NCBI GenBank assembly: GCA_015064745.1
Contig: SVRR01000001.1
Coordinates: 23,330-87,329 of the forward strand
Direction: 5' to 3'
DNA length: 64,000 bases
Origin: Oscillospiraceae bacterium
GTDB taxonomy: Bacteria > Bacillota > Clostridia > Oscillospirales > CAG-272
Numbering within the stretch: position 1 is the first letter of the stretch; each line of letters starts with the position of its first letter. The notes beneath the pieces were generated by a model. It was given only the letters and a program-made list of their open reading frames with translations, had not been told where the DNA came from and did no database searches. Below, piece after piece: positions 8,785 to 18,235 of the stretch. The translations under genes were made by a program, and so were the position numbers.

Positions 8785-9642
8785 ATGGATCTTTGCAATC
8801 CATCTGTCATTAAAAGCCTTCTCGGTGACGAGGGTACCCATTTGCGTAAGGAATACGGACAGAATTTTCTCATACGCCGTGAGATCCCCGCGCGTATCGC
8901 AGAGGAGTGCACCGAAAGCGAAGAGAGCATGATCCTTGAGATCGGTCCCGGTATCGGCTGCTTAACCAAGGAGCTTGCCGAGCGATACGGTAAGGTCGTG
9001 TCTGTCGAAATCGACAGCCATCTGCTTCCCATCCTTGCAAAAACGCTTGCCGAGTACGATAACGTTACCGTCGTTAACCAAGACGTCATGAAGGTTGATC
9101 TTGCTGCCCTCGTTGCCGAGCACGCTGAGGGAAGAGAGGTCTCGGTTTGCGCCAACCTTCCGTATTATATCACCACCCCCATTTTAATGGCCCTCTTGGA
9201 GTCTGGCGTCCCCTTTCGTTCTATCACCGTTATGGTGCAGGCAGAGGTAGCCTCGCGTCTGTGCGCTAAGGCGGGAGAGGACACCTACGGTGCGATAACC
9301 GCAGTCCTCGGCTACTATGGCGAGACCCGCCGGCTCTTTACCGTCCCCGCATCGGCATTTCTCCCTGCCCCCAAGGTCAATTCCGCCGTCGTGCGGATAG
9401 ACCTCTACGACGAGCCACGCTACGCGCCGAAGGACAAAAAGCTCTTTTTTGGTCTCATTAAGGCGGCGTTTGAAATGCGCCGAAAGACCCTCGTCAATGC
9501 TATCTCGGCAAAGCTCTCCTACACCAAAGAGCAGGTTGCGAAAGCCCTCGTGTCCATAGGGCTTTCCGACAAGATCCGCGGCGAACGTCTCTCCACCGCC
9601 GACTTTTCCGCCCTCGCCGATGCGCTTTTTGAACGCAAATAA
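8785..9642 (+). CDS. rsmA: 16S rRNA (adenine1518/1519-N6)-dimethyltransferase RsmA/KsgA
   Basis: ATG 8785 (MDLCNPSVIKSLL...). It has the GQNFL motif and the EIGPGIG SAM-binding loop. Confidence 0.9.
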   Translation: MDLCNPSVIKSLLGDEGTHLRKEYGQNFLIRREIPARIAEECTESEESMILEIGPGIGCLTKELAERYGKVVSVEIDSHLLPILAKTLAEYDNVTVVNQDVMKVDLAALVAEHAEGREVSVCANLPYYITTPILMALLESGVPFRSITVMVQAEVASRLCAKAGEDTYGAITAVLGYYGETRRLFTVPASAFLPAPKVNSAVVRIDLYDEPRYAPKDKKLFFGLIKAAFEMRRKTLVNAISAKLSYTKEQVAKALVSIGLSDKIRGERLSTADFSALADALFERK

Positions 9643-9645
9643 GAA

Positions 9646-9679
9646 CAGCCCGCGTATGTTACGCGGGCTGCGTTTTTTT
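9646..9679. terminator. Shared terminator between convergent rsmA and the histidine phosphatase gene
   Basis: CAGCCCGCGT-loop-ACGCGGGCTG followed by T7. Confidence 0.7.
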
Positions 9680-10289
9680 AAAGCGCATCGTGTGCTTCGC
9701 TTGCGGTAAGAGGGAGCAATCCAAACTGCGTTAATATCCCCTTGCCGTTCTTGATTTCAACGGCGGCATAGGAGCAGTTGGGGAGCAGGGCGACCATGCT
9801 CGGCTCAATGCCTGTGAGTGCCCAAAGCATACAACGGATGGTGCCGCCGTGGGAAACGACAGCCACACATTCGCCGCCCCCCTCAACGACACGCTCCATT
9901 GCTCTTTTGGCGCGTTCCTTATGGGCTTCTGCCGTTTCTCCGCCGAAGGGAGAATAATCCCTGTTTTTTGATGCTTGCACGTACGTCTCACCGTATTTCT
10001 CTCGAATATCGGGAATGTATTGATCGGCAAGGCAACCGACGTCCACCTCGCGTAGGTCGTCGGAATATATTGCATCCGTCCGTGCGGGGAAAATCAGCGC
10101 AGCCGTCTCACGGGTGCGCTCTGCGGCACTGACGTACAGACGGTCAAAGGGAATATCGGAAAGCATCAAGGATGCTGCATGTGCCTGTTCCTTCCCCCTT
10201 TCCGTCAGATGCGATTCCACCCACATTCCTTGAAAACGGTGTGTGAGATTATAGTCCGTTTCACCGTGTCGAATTAAATAAATAAGCAT
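9678..10289 (-). CDS. Histidine phosphatase family protein (phosphoglycerate-mutase-like)
   Basis: 203 aa with the N-terminal LIRHGETDYN (RHG) motif. Its ATG overlaps the thrS stop (TGATG). Confidence 0.8.
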   Translation of the reverse strand: MLIYLIRHGETDYNLTHRFQGMWVESHLTERGKEQAHAASLMLSDIPFDRLYVSAAERTRETAALIFPARTDAIYSDDLREVDVGCLADQYIPDIREKYGETYVQASKNRDYSPFGGETAEAHKERAKRAMERVVEGGGECVAVVSHGGTIRCMLWALTGIEPSMVALLPNCSYAAVEIKNGKGILTQFGLLPLTASEAHDAL

Positions 10290-12226
10290 CAGTGTTTCCT
10301 TGTATTGACCTCGTTCACAAAACGGGCAATCATATCGTCAACCTTCATCGTACCGCCGTCGCCCTCCTTGCGAGCGCGGATGGAAACGGTACCCTCTTCC
10401 TGCTCGTTCGCACCGACGATGAGCATATAAGGCACCTTGGAGAGCTGTGCTTCGCGCACGCGATAACCGATCTTCTCATTGCGGCAGTCAAGCTCGACGC
10501 GCAGATCTGCGGCTTCCATTTTTGCCTTGATCTCCTTGGCATAGTCGTCAAAGTCGGGGTTGATAGGAAGAATGACAGCCTGAGTAGGTGCGATCCACAT
10601 GGGGAGTGCGCCCGCGTACTTTTCAAGGATCAAAGCGAGCGTTCTCTCATAGCAGCCGAGGGAGGTGCGGTGAATGATATAGGGCGTCTTGGGCTGGTTG
10701 TCGGAGCCCGTGTATTCCATGCCGAACTTCTTGGCAAGAAGCATATCGACTTGAATGGTAATAAGAGTATCCTCTTTGCCGAAGACGTTTTTGATCTGAA
10801 TGTCGAGCTTCGGACCGTAGAATGCCGCTTCGTCAATGCCGATGGAATAGTTGCCCTCGCCGAGGTTCTCATCGAGCAGCTGCTTCATAATGCCCTGTGC
10901 TTCGTCCCATTGCTCCGGTGTACCCTCGTATTTTGCCGTGTTGTTCGGATCCCATTGGGAGAAGCGGAAGGAACAATCCTCTCTGAGTCCTACGGCGTCA
11001 AGCATAAACATGGCGAGGTCAAGACAGCCCTTGAATTCCTCGGCAAGCTGATCGGGGCGAAGTACAAGGTGCCCTTCGGAAATGGTGAACTGACGCACGC
11101 GGATAAGACCGTGCATTTCACCCGATTCCTCGTTGCGGAAGAGAGTAGAGGTCTCGCCGAGACGCATGGGAAGGTCGCGGTAGGAGCGCTTGCGATTAAG
11201 ATAGACCTGATATTGGAAGGGGCAGGTCATGGGGCGGAGCGCGAAGCATTCTTTCGTCTCGTCATTCGGGTCGCCAAGAATAAACATACCGTCAAGATAG
11301 TGGTCCCAGTGACCGGAGATCTTATAAAGCTCGCGCTTTGCCATCAGCGGCGTCTTGGTGAGAAGATAGCCGCGGCGGCGCTCCTCATCCTCAACGAATC
11401 TTTGGAGCAGCTGAATGACGCGCGCACCCTTGGGAAGCATGATGGGAAGTCCCTGACCCACGACGTCCACCGTGGTGAAATATTCAAGCTCACGGCCGAT
11501 CTTGTTGTGGTCGCGCTTTTGTGCTTCCTCGCGTGCCGTAACGTATGCGTTCAGCGCATCCTTCGAGGGAAATGCCGTACCGTAGACACGCTTGAGCATC
11601 TTGTTGTCGGAGTTGCCTCTCCAATAGGCGCCCGTGGCGGAGAGAAGCTTAAACGACTTGACAGCACCCGTGGAGAACAGGTGAGGACCTGCGCAAAGGT
11701 CGGTAAACTCGCCCTGCGTGTAGAAGGAGATCTCGGCGTCTTCGGGAAGCTCGCGAATGAGCTCCTGCTTGTAGGGCTCATCCTTCATTTTCTCAAGAGC
11801 TTCCTCGCGAGATGCTACCGAGCGCTCAAGGATAAGGTTTTCCTTGACGATCTTCTTCATTTCGTCCTCGATCGCTTTAAGGATTTCGGCGGTAAAAGCA
11901 AACTCCGCATCGAAATCGTAGTAAAAGCCGTGTTCAATGGCAGGACCGATCGTCAGCTTTACTTCGGGGTAAAGACGTTTGACAGCCTGCGCGAGAATAT
12001 GAGACGCCGTGTGGTTGAATACGCGCTCGCCCTCTGCGTCGGCAAAGGTGAGAAGTGCCACCTCGGCATCCCCCGTAAGAGGTTGGGTAAGTGCAACGAC
12101 TGCATCCCCGATCTTCGCCGCGACGACGTCACGGGAATTAAGCTCTGCCGCGCGTGCGGCGTCATAGACGGTAGCGGGAAGTGCAACGTCTACTTCTTTT
12201 CCGTTTTGAAACTTGATGATTGCCAT
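10289..12226 (-). CDS. thrS: Threonine--tRNA ligase
   Basis: 645 aa with an N-terminal TGS-like domain, the editing domain, a class II core and an anticodon-binding domain pattern. It is preceded by a T-box. Confidence 0.95.
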   Translation of the reverse strand: MAIIKFQNGKEVDVALPATVYDAARAAELNSRDVVAAKIGDAVVALTQPLTGDAEVALLTFADAEGERVFNHTASHILAQAVKRLYPEVKLTIGPAIEHGFYYDFDAEFAFTAEILKAIEDEMKKIVKENLILERSVASREEALEKMKDEPYKQELIRELPEDAEISFYTQGEFTDLCAGPHLFSTGAVKSFKLLSATGAYWRGNSDNKMLKRVYGTAFPSKDALNAYVTAREEAQKRDHNKIGRELEYFTTVDVVGQGLPIMLPKGARVIQLLQRFVEDEERRRGYLLTKTPLMAKRELYKISGHWDHYLDGMFILGDPNDETKECFALRPMTCPFQYQVYLNRKRSYRDLPMRLGETSTLFRNEESGEMHGLIRVRQFTISEGHLVLRPDQLAEEFKGCLDLAMFMLDAVGLREDCSFRFSQWDPNNTAKYEGTPEQWDEAQGIMKQLLDENLGEGNYSIGIDEAAFYGPKLDIQIKNVFGKEDTLITIQVDMLLAKKFGMEYTGSDNQPKTPYIIHRTSLGCYERTLALILEKYAGALPMWIAPTQAVILPINPDFDDYAKEIKAKMEAADLRVELDCRNEKIGYRVREAQLSKVPYMLIVGANEQEEGTVSIRARKEGDGGTMKVDDMIARFVNEVNTRKH

Positions 12227-12239
12227 AATTTTCTTCCTT

Positions 12240-12466
12240 TCATCGTTTTGCGGCAGGGAAAATAAAAAACCCCTAAGCCGCCAAAAAATTGGTTGCTTCG
12301 GGGTGCATGAAAATGCACGGTTCCACCCGGAACTTTCACTTCATTGTTTATTCGGTTGGTATTGTAAAACAATACACGGATGGTATCTATCCCGTCTTTT
12401 CGCCCCGCTTTCAGCCTATGGCGGTGGCTCTCTGGAGAAAAGGTTGCCGAGACGGACGTGTTCCGA
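12240..12466 (-). promoter_or_regulatory. T-box riboswitch leader, specifier ACC (Thr)
   Basis: On the reverse strand I see the AGAGAG bulge motif and GAU-ACC-A in the specifier position (ACC at 12382-12384). The T-box sequence GGGTGGAACCGTG lies at about 12318-12335. A terminator CCCCGAAGC...GCTTAGGGG plus T6 lies at about 12262-12304. Confidence 0.75.
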
Positions 12467-12472
12467 CGCTTT

Positions 12473-12501
12473 ATTTTAACATAGAAAACGAGCGTTGTCA
12501 A
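12473..12501 (-). promoter_or_regulatory. Sigma-A promoter of the thrS leader
   Basis: Reverse strand TTGACA (12501-12496), 17 nt spacer, TAAAAT (12478-12473). Confidence 0.55.
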
Positions 12502-12549
12502 GGGGGCGGTGAAACTTTTTACGGGGAAACGCGAAAAGCTTGGCGGCAA

Positions 12550-13398
12550 TTAGCCGCGAAACGCCGCCAAGAGAGAAAGCCGTTTGGAAGCGTAGCGATA
12601 AGCCGCCTCGTAATTGTAAAGCTCCTTATGGCAGTTCTCAATGTCGCCGTAAAGACGAAACAGCACCAAAACGCTAAAACCGGGTGCGGATTTTTGCTCT
12701 TCGAGTGCCGTGAGTGCCGCAAGTGCGTCCTTGTATTTTCCTGCCGTCAAAAGTGCCTTTGCCGAGGCGTGGGCGGCAAAGTAGGGATCGAGAAAGGTAT
12801 AGCCGGCTGTTTTTTCCGTCAGATAACGGTACAGCTCCTCCCAAACGGTGTCGGCGGCAAGTGCCTCATAGGCGGAGCCTGTTAAAGCAAAGCGCGGCAT
12901 TTGAATGTTTTCTGCCGTTGCGGAAAGAAGCGTCATGAGTGCGTCGAGGCGTGCGTCCGCATAAATGGTTTTCTTCTTCATTTCTTTCGCCAGCGAAAGG
13001 TATTCGCCCACGGTTTTTAACGCGCCGTGATGAAGTGCCTCGCGCGCGCATTCCACAGCGCTGTTTGCCACGAGAAAGGCAAGCTCATCGTCCGCTTCGT
13101 CAAAGTCGCGGCGGAAAAGCCTTATCACCTCTCTGTAATTTCCGAGGGAATACCAGTGCTTTATTGAGGGCAAAAATTCTTCCTTTTTGTAGGTTAAAAG
13201 GGAAGCATTATCCGAGAGAAAATAGCCCGCAGGTACGCGCAAGCGCTCCGAAAGGTGAAGAAGTGTCGGGAGGGAGGGAAGCGCGTCGTCGCTTTCGATG
13301 CGGCTGAGCATGTTTCTCGTAATCTCGGTGCCTGCAAGCGCACTCTGCGTCATCTTTTTTTCTTTTCGCAAAGCGCGGATCTTTTGTCCTAACGTCAT
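12550..13398 (-). CDS. XRE-family HTH transcriptional regulator with a helical-repeat (TPR-like) C-terminal domain
   Basis: 282 aa. The N-terminus LGQKIRALRKEKKMTQSALAG...MLSRIESD is an XRE HTH, and the remainder looks alpha-helical and repeat-like. A TTGACA-17-TAGAAT promoter lies at 13429-13457 (reverse strand). Confidence 0.75.
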   Translation of the reverse strand: MTLGQKIRALRKEKKMTQSALAGTEITRNMLSRIESDDALPSLPTLLHLSERLRVPAGYFLSDNASLLTYKKEEFLPSIKHWYSLGNYREVIRLFRRDFDEADDELAFLVANSAVECAREALHHGALKTVGEYLSLAKEMKKKTIYADARLDALMTLLSATAENIQMPRFALTGSAYEALAADTVWEELYRYLTEKTAGYTFLDPYFAAHASAKALLTAGKYKDALAALTALEEQKSAPGFSVLVLFRLYGDIENCHKELYNYEAAYRYASKRLSLLAAFRG

Positions 13399-13481
13399 TT
13401 TATAAATCCTTTTTGTATTGATACCGCTATTCTAGCATATAACTTTTCGATTGTCAAGAAAAAAGTAAATAAAAGTTACTT

Positions 13482-14219
13482 TTAAGACAGAATATGTCCA
13501 AAATCGACGACGTCGTCGATCTCAAGCTCGCTGACATCGTCGGAAAGGCGATTGATTTGCGTTAAGGTATCGGGGACATCCCCCACGATCAACGTCTCCC
13601 CAACCGGGATGTTTACAGAAAAGGCAAGACTTTCTTTTCCCGTCGGAAGAAGGTAGGTCGCGGTAAAATCAAGGGAAAAGCCGATGGCATGGCGCGTTTG
13701 GTTGATGCCTGCCGCTGTGAAAGCAGTATGAAAGCGCGCGTGCATTCCCTCTGCTACGCGAGCCGTGACGTGTACGTCTTTGCCCATTCCCGAAAAGAAG
13801 AGAAGACCAAGCAGGTTGCCTATCGGAACGGCGACGGTGACGTCGGTCGTAGCGAGTGCCTCTAATACGGTAAGCGCAAGCGTATTCTTCAAAAGATTTA
13901 ATTTTACCGTATCGACCGATGCCGAGCGCACTGTGCCGTCCGCCCCATAGCTGAAATGAATGAAGTCGGTATATGCGTAATCACCCTCGCTTAAAACGGC
14001 GTACGCTTTTTGAGAGGCAAGTGCCTCCAAACGGTTTGAAACTCTCGTTTCGCACAGCGCGCGCACTTGCGGCAAAAGCACAGCTTGAAACCATATGACG
14101 AGAGCAAGAACTGTCAAAACAAGGATCAAAACTACTCTTTTTCGTTTTGTCCCCCTCTTTGTATAATGGCATCGCCTTTTTCCGCCGAGGTAATAATCTC
14201 CCTCCATACGATCCTCCAA
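13482..14219 (-). CDS. yunB: Sporulation protein YunB
   Basis: 245 aa with one N-terminal TM segment. The body (...TDFIHFSYGADGTVRSASVDTVKLNLLK...INQTRHAIGFS...) matches my memory of the YunB family. Confidence 0.65.
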   Translation of the reverse strand: MEDRMEGDYYLGGKRRCHYTKRGTKRKRVVLILVLTVLALVIWFQAVLLPQVRALCETRVSNRLEALASQKAYAVLSEGDYAYTDFIHFSYGADGTVRSASVDTVKLNLLKNTLALTVLEALATTDVTVAVPIGNLLGLLFFSGMGKDVHVTARVAEGMHARFHTAFTAAGINQTRHAIGFSLDFTATYLLPTGKESLAFSVNIPVGETLIVGDVPDTLTQINRLSDDVSELEIDDVVDFGHILS

Positions 14220-14270
14220 AAAAAGGAAGGACGTGTGAAACGTCCTTCCCGTGATATTATCAGTATATGC

Positions 14271-15320
14271 TCAAAGCTCATCATCCGTGTCGGAGGTGGG
14301 CTTTTTTTTCTTGATCTTGGCGGCGGCAAGGGGGTTCGCCGCAATGGCGCGCTCCATGCTTTCGTTGCTGACGTGAGTATAGATCTGGGTCGTGTTTAGC
14401 TGTGCATGTCCCAAAATGTCCTTTAAAACGCGCACGTCGACGTCGCCCGATTGATACATGAGCGTTGCCGCGGTGTGTCTTAGCTTATGCACCGAAAGTC
14501 CGCGTCCTCCAAGCCCTGCGGCATCGAGATATTTGCCGACCATCCACTGCACCGTTTTGTTGCTGATACGGTCGCCTCTGCGGCTTAAAAAGAGCGCCTT
14601 CGTTCGAATCGCCGAAACGTCCTCCTTTTTGCGCTCGTTTAGATAATCAACGATAGCACTCCGGCAGGCGTCGTTCAAATAGATCACACGCTCCTTGTTG
14701 CCTTTACCGATGACGCGCAGAGAGCGCAGATCGCGGTCAATGTCGGTGAGATTAATGCCCGTAAGCTCCGAAAGTCGCATGCCGCAGTTGAGAAAGAGGG
14801 TCACAATGGCAAAGTCGCGCACGACGGTTTTGGATGTGGGGTCATTTCGAACGGTTTCGAGAAGCAAAAGGCTTTCGTCCAAGGACAAAAATTTTGGCAG
14901 CGTCACACGGCGGCGAGGCGCACCGATATCCTCGGTAGGATCCTTTTCGAGCAGGTGCTTGTGAATATGCAAATACTTGAAAAAGACCTTGAGCGTTGAA
15001 AGCTTGCGCGATTTTGCAGACCATCCGTTGCCGCGTCCTTGTCCGGCATAGAGCATAAATTCGTAAACGTCACTGCCCGTAATGGCGGCAAGATAGGAAA
15101 TATCAATGTGAGAGAAGGGAAGTGCGCGAAACTCCTCACTTTCGGGGTCGACCCCCGTGCGCTTTGACTCCAAATATCGGAAAAACGTTCTTAAATCGGA
15201 GAGATACTCACAAACCGTCTTCTCGGTACACCCCTCAATGACAGATTTGTAAGAGGCAAATTCTCTGACAATGGGCGGAAACGCCTTGATTTCTTCACCC
15301 TTCAAGGTTAAAACTGCCAT
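14271..15320 (-). CDS. Tyrosine recombinase, XerC/XerD-like
   Basis: 349 aa with a SAM-like N-domain. The catalytic region reads ...GMRLSEL...HKLRHTAATLMY...LGHAQLNTTQIYTHV (R..HxxR..Y). The C-terminal tail is lysine-rich then acidic. Confidence 0.8.
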   Translation of the reverse strand: MAVLTLKGEEIKAFPPIVREFASYKSVIEGCTEKTVCEYLSDLRTFFRYLESKRTGVDPESEEFRALPFSHIDISYLAAITGSDVYEFMLYAGQGRGNGWSAKSRKLSTLKVFFKYLHIHKHLLEKDPTEDIGAPRRRVTLPKFLSLDESLLLLETVRNDPTSKTVVRDFAIVTLFLNCGMRLSELTGINLTDIDRDLRSLRVIGKGNKERVIYLNDACRSAIVDYLNERKKEDVSAIRTKALFLSRRGDRISNKTVQWMVGKYLDAAGLGGRGLSVHKLRHTAATLMYQSGDVDVRVLKDILGHAQLNTTQIYTHVSNESMERAIAANPLAAAKIKKKKPTSDTDDEL

Positions 15321-15490
15321 ACGATACCTCCTTTTCTACTTCTATTATACAAAACGCAAAAGCAAGTTTGTGTACGGAGCGTAAATATTTTGATAAACAT
15401 ATAATTATTCATCTTTTATTATCTTTTTTGTCGCTTCTTTCTGCTAAAATAATATAAAAATTGACTTTCACCATGATATAGAGGAGCAAA

Positions 15491-16084
15491 ATGAGCTACT
15501 TTCGTGAACATTCGAGGCTGATCTCCCGCCTTTTCATCAATCAGGTCGGCATGACGATTTTCGGTATGATACTGACGATGGCGGTCATACGATCCACGCA
15601 AAATAACGAGATGCTTACCATAGCGGTCGCCGTCTTTTCCATCGTCTTTTATCTTTCCCTCATTTATAACGTGATGTGGGAGGAGGGCGCGCGCAATATC
15701 ATTCGCGTGAAAGCGGGAAGAATGGAGAAAATTCCTTGCTTTTCTTTGAAAGCGTCCTTGTTTGCATCTGTTCCCAATTTCTTTTTGGCGGCACTTTTGT
15801 TTGTCAGCTACCTTTTGGCGTTTCCCTTCGGTGTGGAAGCCTTTAAGTCCGTTTACAGTGCGTTGCACATCATTATTGCCCTTTTTGAGGCGATGTACGT
15901 AGGACTGTTCGGTGCTATCCTTAATGCCTTTCCCGAAATTGCCACCCAAAGCCTTGTTTCCTGCATTTTGTATACGCTTTCCTCGCTTCCGATGATTGTA
16001 GTATCCGTGATTGCTTATCGCTTCGGTGAAAAAAATCTCTATATTTTCGGAAAATGCGCCCCCAAAAAGGGAAGCGATGATTGA
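15491..16084 (+). CDS. Hypothetical multi-pass membrane protein
   Basis: 197 aa with about 5 hydrophobic segments and a GAGGAG RBS. The overlapping antisense ORF 15419-16099 is K/R/G-rich junk. Confidence 0.6.
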   Translation: MSYFREHSRLISRLFINQVGMTIFGMILTMAVIRSTQNNEMLTIAVAVFSIVFYLSLIYNVMWEEGARNIIRVKAGRMEKIPCFSLKASLFASVPNFFLAALLFVSYLLAFPFGVEAFKSVYSALHIIIALFEAMYVGLFGAILNAFPEIATQSLVSCILYTLSSLPMIVVSVIAYRFGEKNLYIFGKCAPKKGSDD

Positions 16085-16142
16085 TTCATTTTTTGACATT
16101 TGCCCCCATAGAATGGTGTATCATTCTATGGGGGATTTTTTT

Positions 16143-16829
16143 ATGCGTTTTTCTCGCTGTTTTTCCGTCATTTTGTCCTTTTCCTTGTTGTTGCTGACCG
16201 TTTGCGGCTCTGGCTTTTTTTCCGTTTTACAGGCTTCTGTTTCCCAAACCGATCCTCTCGTTATCATTGATCCCGGGCACGGCGGTGCCGACGCGGGGGC
16301 TATCGGTACGCAAGGCTCACTCGAAAAGACGCTGAATATGGCGATTGCGGAGGAGCTCGCCTTACGCTTTAAGGAAGCGGGAATCCCCGTGCTTTTGACC
16401 AGAACAACAGATGCGCTTGTTTTGCATGAGGGAGAAGATATTAAGGGACAGCGTAAGCAAAAGGATCTTTATAATCGGGTCGCCCTCGCCAACGCATATC
16501 CGAACGCGACCCTCGTCAGTATTCATATGAATGCTTATCCTGTTTCCAAATATCGAGGTCTTCAGGTGTATTACAATCAAAAAAGTGCCGAGAGCGCACT
16601 TCTTGCGCGCCGCATCACCGATAAAGTGCGTTCAGAGCTTGATCCCGTATACACGCGTGTACCCAATTTTAGGGGGGACTCTCTCTATATTCTTGCAAAT
16701 GCTACGGGACGCGCCGTGCTCGTTGAATGCGGTTTTTTGTCCAACGCGGAGGAGGAAGCAAAACTTTTGGAGAAAGATTATCAAAAAAAGTTGTCTTTTT
16801 GCATTTTTTATGCTATCATGGAGGAGTAG
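16143..16829 (+). CDS. cwlD: N-acetylmuramoyl-L-alanine amidase, CwlD-like (germination-specific)
   Basis: ATG 16143 with a signal/anchor MRFSRCFSVILSFSLLLLTVCG. The Amidase_3 pattern is present: IIDPGHGGADAGA...NRVALAN...VSIHMNA...ECGFLSN. Confidence 0.75.
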   Translation: MRFSRCFSVILSFSLLLLTVCGSGFFSVLQASVSQTDPLVIIDPGHGGADAGAIGTQGSLEKTLNMAIAEELALRFKEAGIPVLLTRTTDALVLHEGEDIKGQRKQKDLYNRVALANAYPNATLVSIHMNAYPVSKYRGLQVYYNQKSAESALLARRITDKVRSELDPVYTRVPNFRGDSLYILANATGRAVLVECGFLSNAEEEAKLLEKDYQKKLSFCIFYAIMEE

Positions 16830-16855
16830 AAGTTTTTACGAAAGGATTTTATGCC

Positions 16856-18235
16856 GTGAAAAGCGCAAAAACCGTGTTTGTTTGCTCCGAGTGCGGTGCC
16901 GTTAGCCGTAAATGGGCAGGAAAGTGCCCCGAATGTGAGCGCTGGAACACTATGATTGAAGAGGAAGAGGTGCCGTCTGTCTCCACAAAAAACGGCTTTG
17001 CTTCGGGAAAGGAAGTCAAGGCAGAGAAGCTTTCCGAAACCGCCCTTCCGTCTTACATACGCAATGAAACGGGGATGGGCGAGCTCGACCGCGTTTTGGG
17101 CGGTGGACTTGTCAGCGGCTCTGTCGTTCTCCTTTCGGGCGAGCCCGGCATCGGAAAATCGACCCTCCTTTTGCAAATAAGCCACGAGCTTGCGCGTGGG
17201 CATAAGGTGCTCTACGTTTCGGGGGAGGAATCGCGCGGACAGCTTAAACTGCGCGCGGAGCGTCTCGGTGTTCTCGCGGGAGAGCTTTATATTTTAACCG
17301 AGACAAACCTTGATGCGATATCCCGCGAGTGTATGAGACTTTCGCCCGACGTGCTTATCGTAGACTCTATTCAAACCATTTACAGTGAACGCTTTACCTC
17401 GGTCGCGGGAAGCATCACGCAGGTGCGCGAATGTGCCATGGCGTTTATTTCCTTTGCGAAGGAGACGGGTTCTGCCGTTTTTCTTGTCGGTCACATTAAC
17501 AAGGAAGGCGGCATTTCGGGACCGAAGATCCTTGAGCACATGGTGGATGCCGTGCTTTATTTCGAGGGTGACCGACGTCAATCCTACCGTATTATCCGTG
17601 CTATTAAGAATCGCTACGGCTCGACCAACGAGATCGGCGTTTTTGAAATGAGTGACGAGGGGCTCAAAGAGGTGCCCAATCCCTCCGAGGCAATGCTTGA
17701 AGGCAGACCTCTTTCGGTCAGCGGAAGCGCCGCCTGCGTCGTCATGGAGGGAAGCCGTCCCTTGATTACGGAGATCCAAGCGCTCGTGGCGCCGACCGCT
17801 TTTCCAAGCCCACGCAGAACGGCAGACGGATTTGACTATAACCGCACGTGCCTTCTGCTAGCCGTCTTAGAGCGTCGCTTAAATTTGAAGTTTTCTTCCC
17901 ACGACGTTTATTTGAATATTGCGGGCGGTATGCGTCTTCTTGAACCTGCCGCCGATCTTGCGGTGGCTGTCTCTCTCATTTCTGCCATTACCGACACGGT
18001 AATACCGCCCGACCTTATCGTGTTCGGTGAGCTTGGTCTTGCCGGTGAGGTGCGCTCTGTACCGCATGCGGAATATCGCGTTAAGGAGGCATCGCGTCTT
18101 GGCTTTCGGCGCATAATTCTTCCAAAGAGTGCCGTTCCCACCGTTAAGGGGAAGACGGATGCCGTGCTTTACGGTATCGGCAGTATTTTTGAAATATTGC
18201 CGCTCCTCACGAAGGAAGGTAAGAGGGAAGAATGA
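16856..18235 (+). CDS. radA: DNA repair protein RadA
   Basis: GTG 16856 (VKSAKTVFVCSECG...). It has the zinc ribbon CSECG..CPEC, the Walker A GEPGIGKST, a KNRYG motif (canonical KNRFG) and a Lon-like C-domain. Confidence 0.9.
   Translation: MKSAKTVFVCSECGAVSRKWAGKCPECERWNTMIEEEEVPSVSTKNGFASGKEVKAEKLSETALPSYIRNETGMGELDRVLGGGLVSGSVVLLSGEPGIGKSTLLLQISHELARGHKVLYVSGEESRGQLKLRAERLGVLAGELYILTETNLDAISRECMRLSPDVLIVDSIQTIYSERFTSVAGSITQVRECAMAFISFAKETGSAVFLVGHINKEGGISGPKILEHMVDAVLYFEGDRRQSYRIIRAIKNRYGSTNEIGVFEMSDEGLKEVPNPSEAMLEGRPLSVSGSAACVVMEGSRPLITEIQALVAPTAFPSPRRTADGFDYNRTCLLLAVLERRLNLKFSSHDVYLNIAGGMRLLEPAADLAVAVSLISAITDTVIPPDLIVFGELGLAGEVRSVPHAEYRVKEASRLGFRRIILPKSAVPTVKGKTDAVLYGIGSIFEILPLLTKEGKREE

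Noticed and set aside
10292-12265. 657-aa plus-strand ORF covering the whole thrS region
   Set aside because: It is exactly antisense to a full-length, motif-rich thrS. Its sequence is low-complexity, rich in L/G/R/V, and has no motifs. This is a shadow ORF of a GC-biased gene.
12550-13398. The XRE-HTH plus helical-repeat regulator as an RNPP-type peptide quorum-sensing receptor
   Set aside because: No small secreted-peptide ORF sits next to it. Only about 40 nt separate it from the thrS promoter on one side, and yunB lies on the other. Nothing in the sequence supports a signalling cassette.
14271-15320. The tyrosine recombinase as the integrase of an integrated element
   Set aside because: The flanking genes (yunB, membrane protein, cwlD, radA) are core sporulation or housekeeping genes. 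I see no flanking direct repeats, tRNA target or cargo genes. A chromosomal Xer-type recombinase is more likely.
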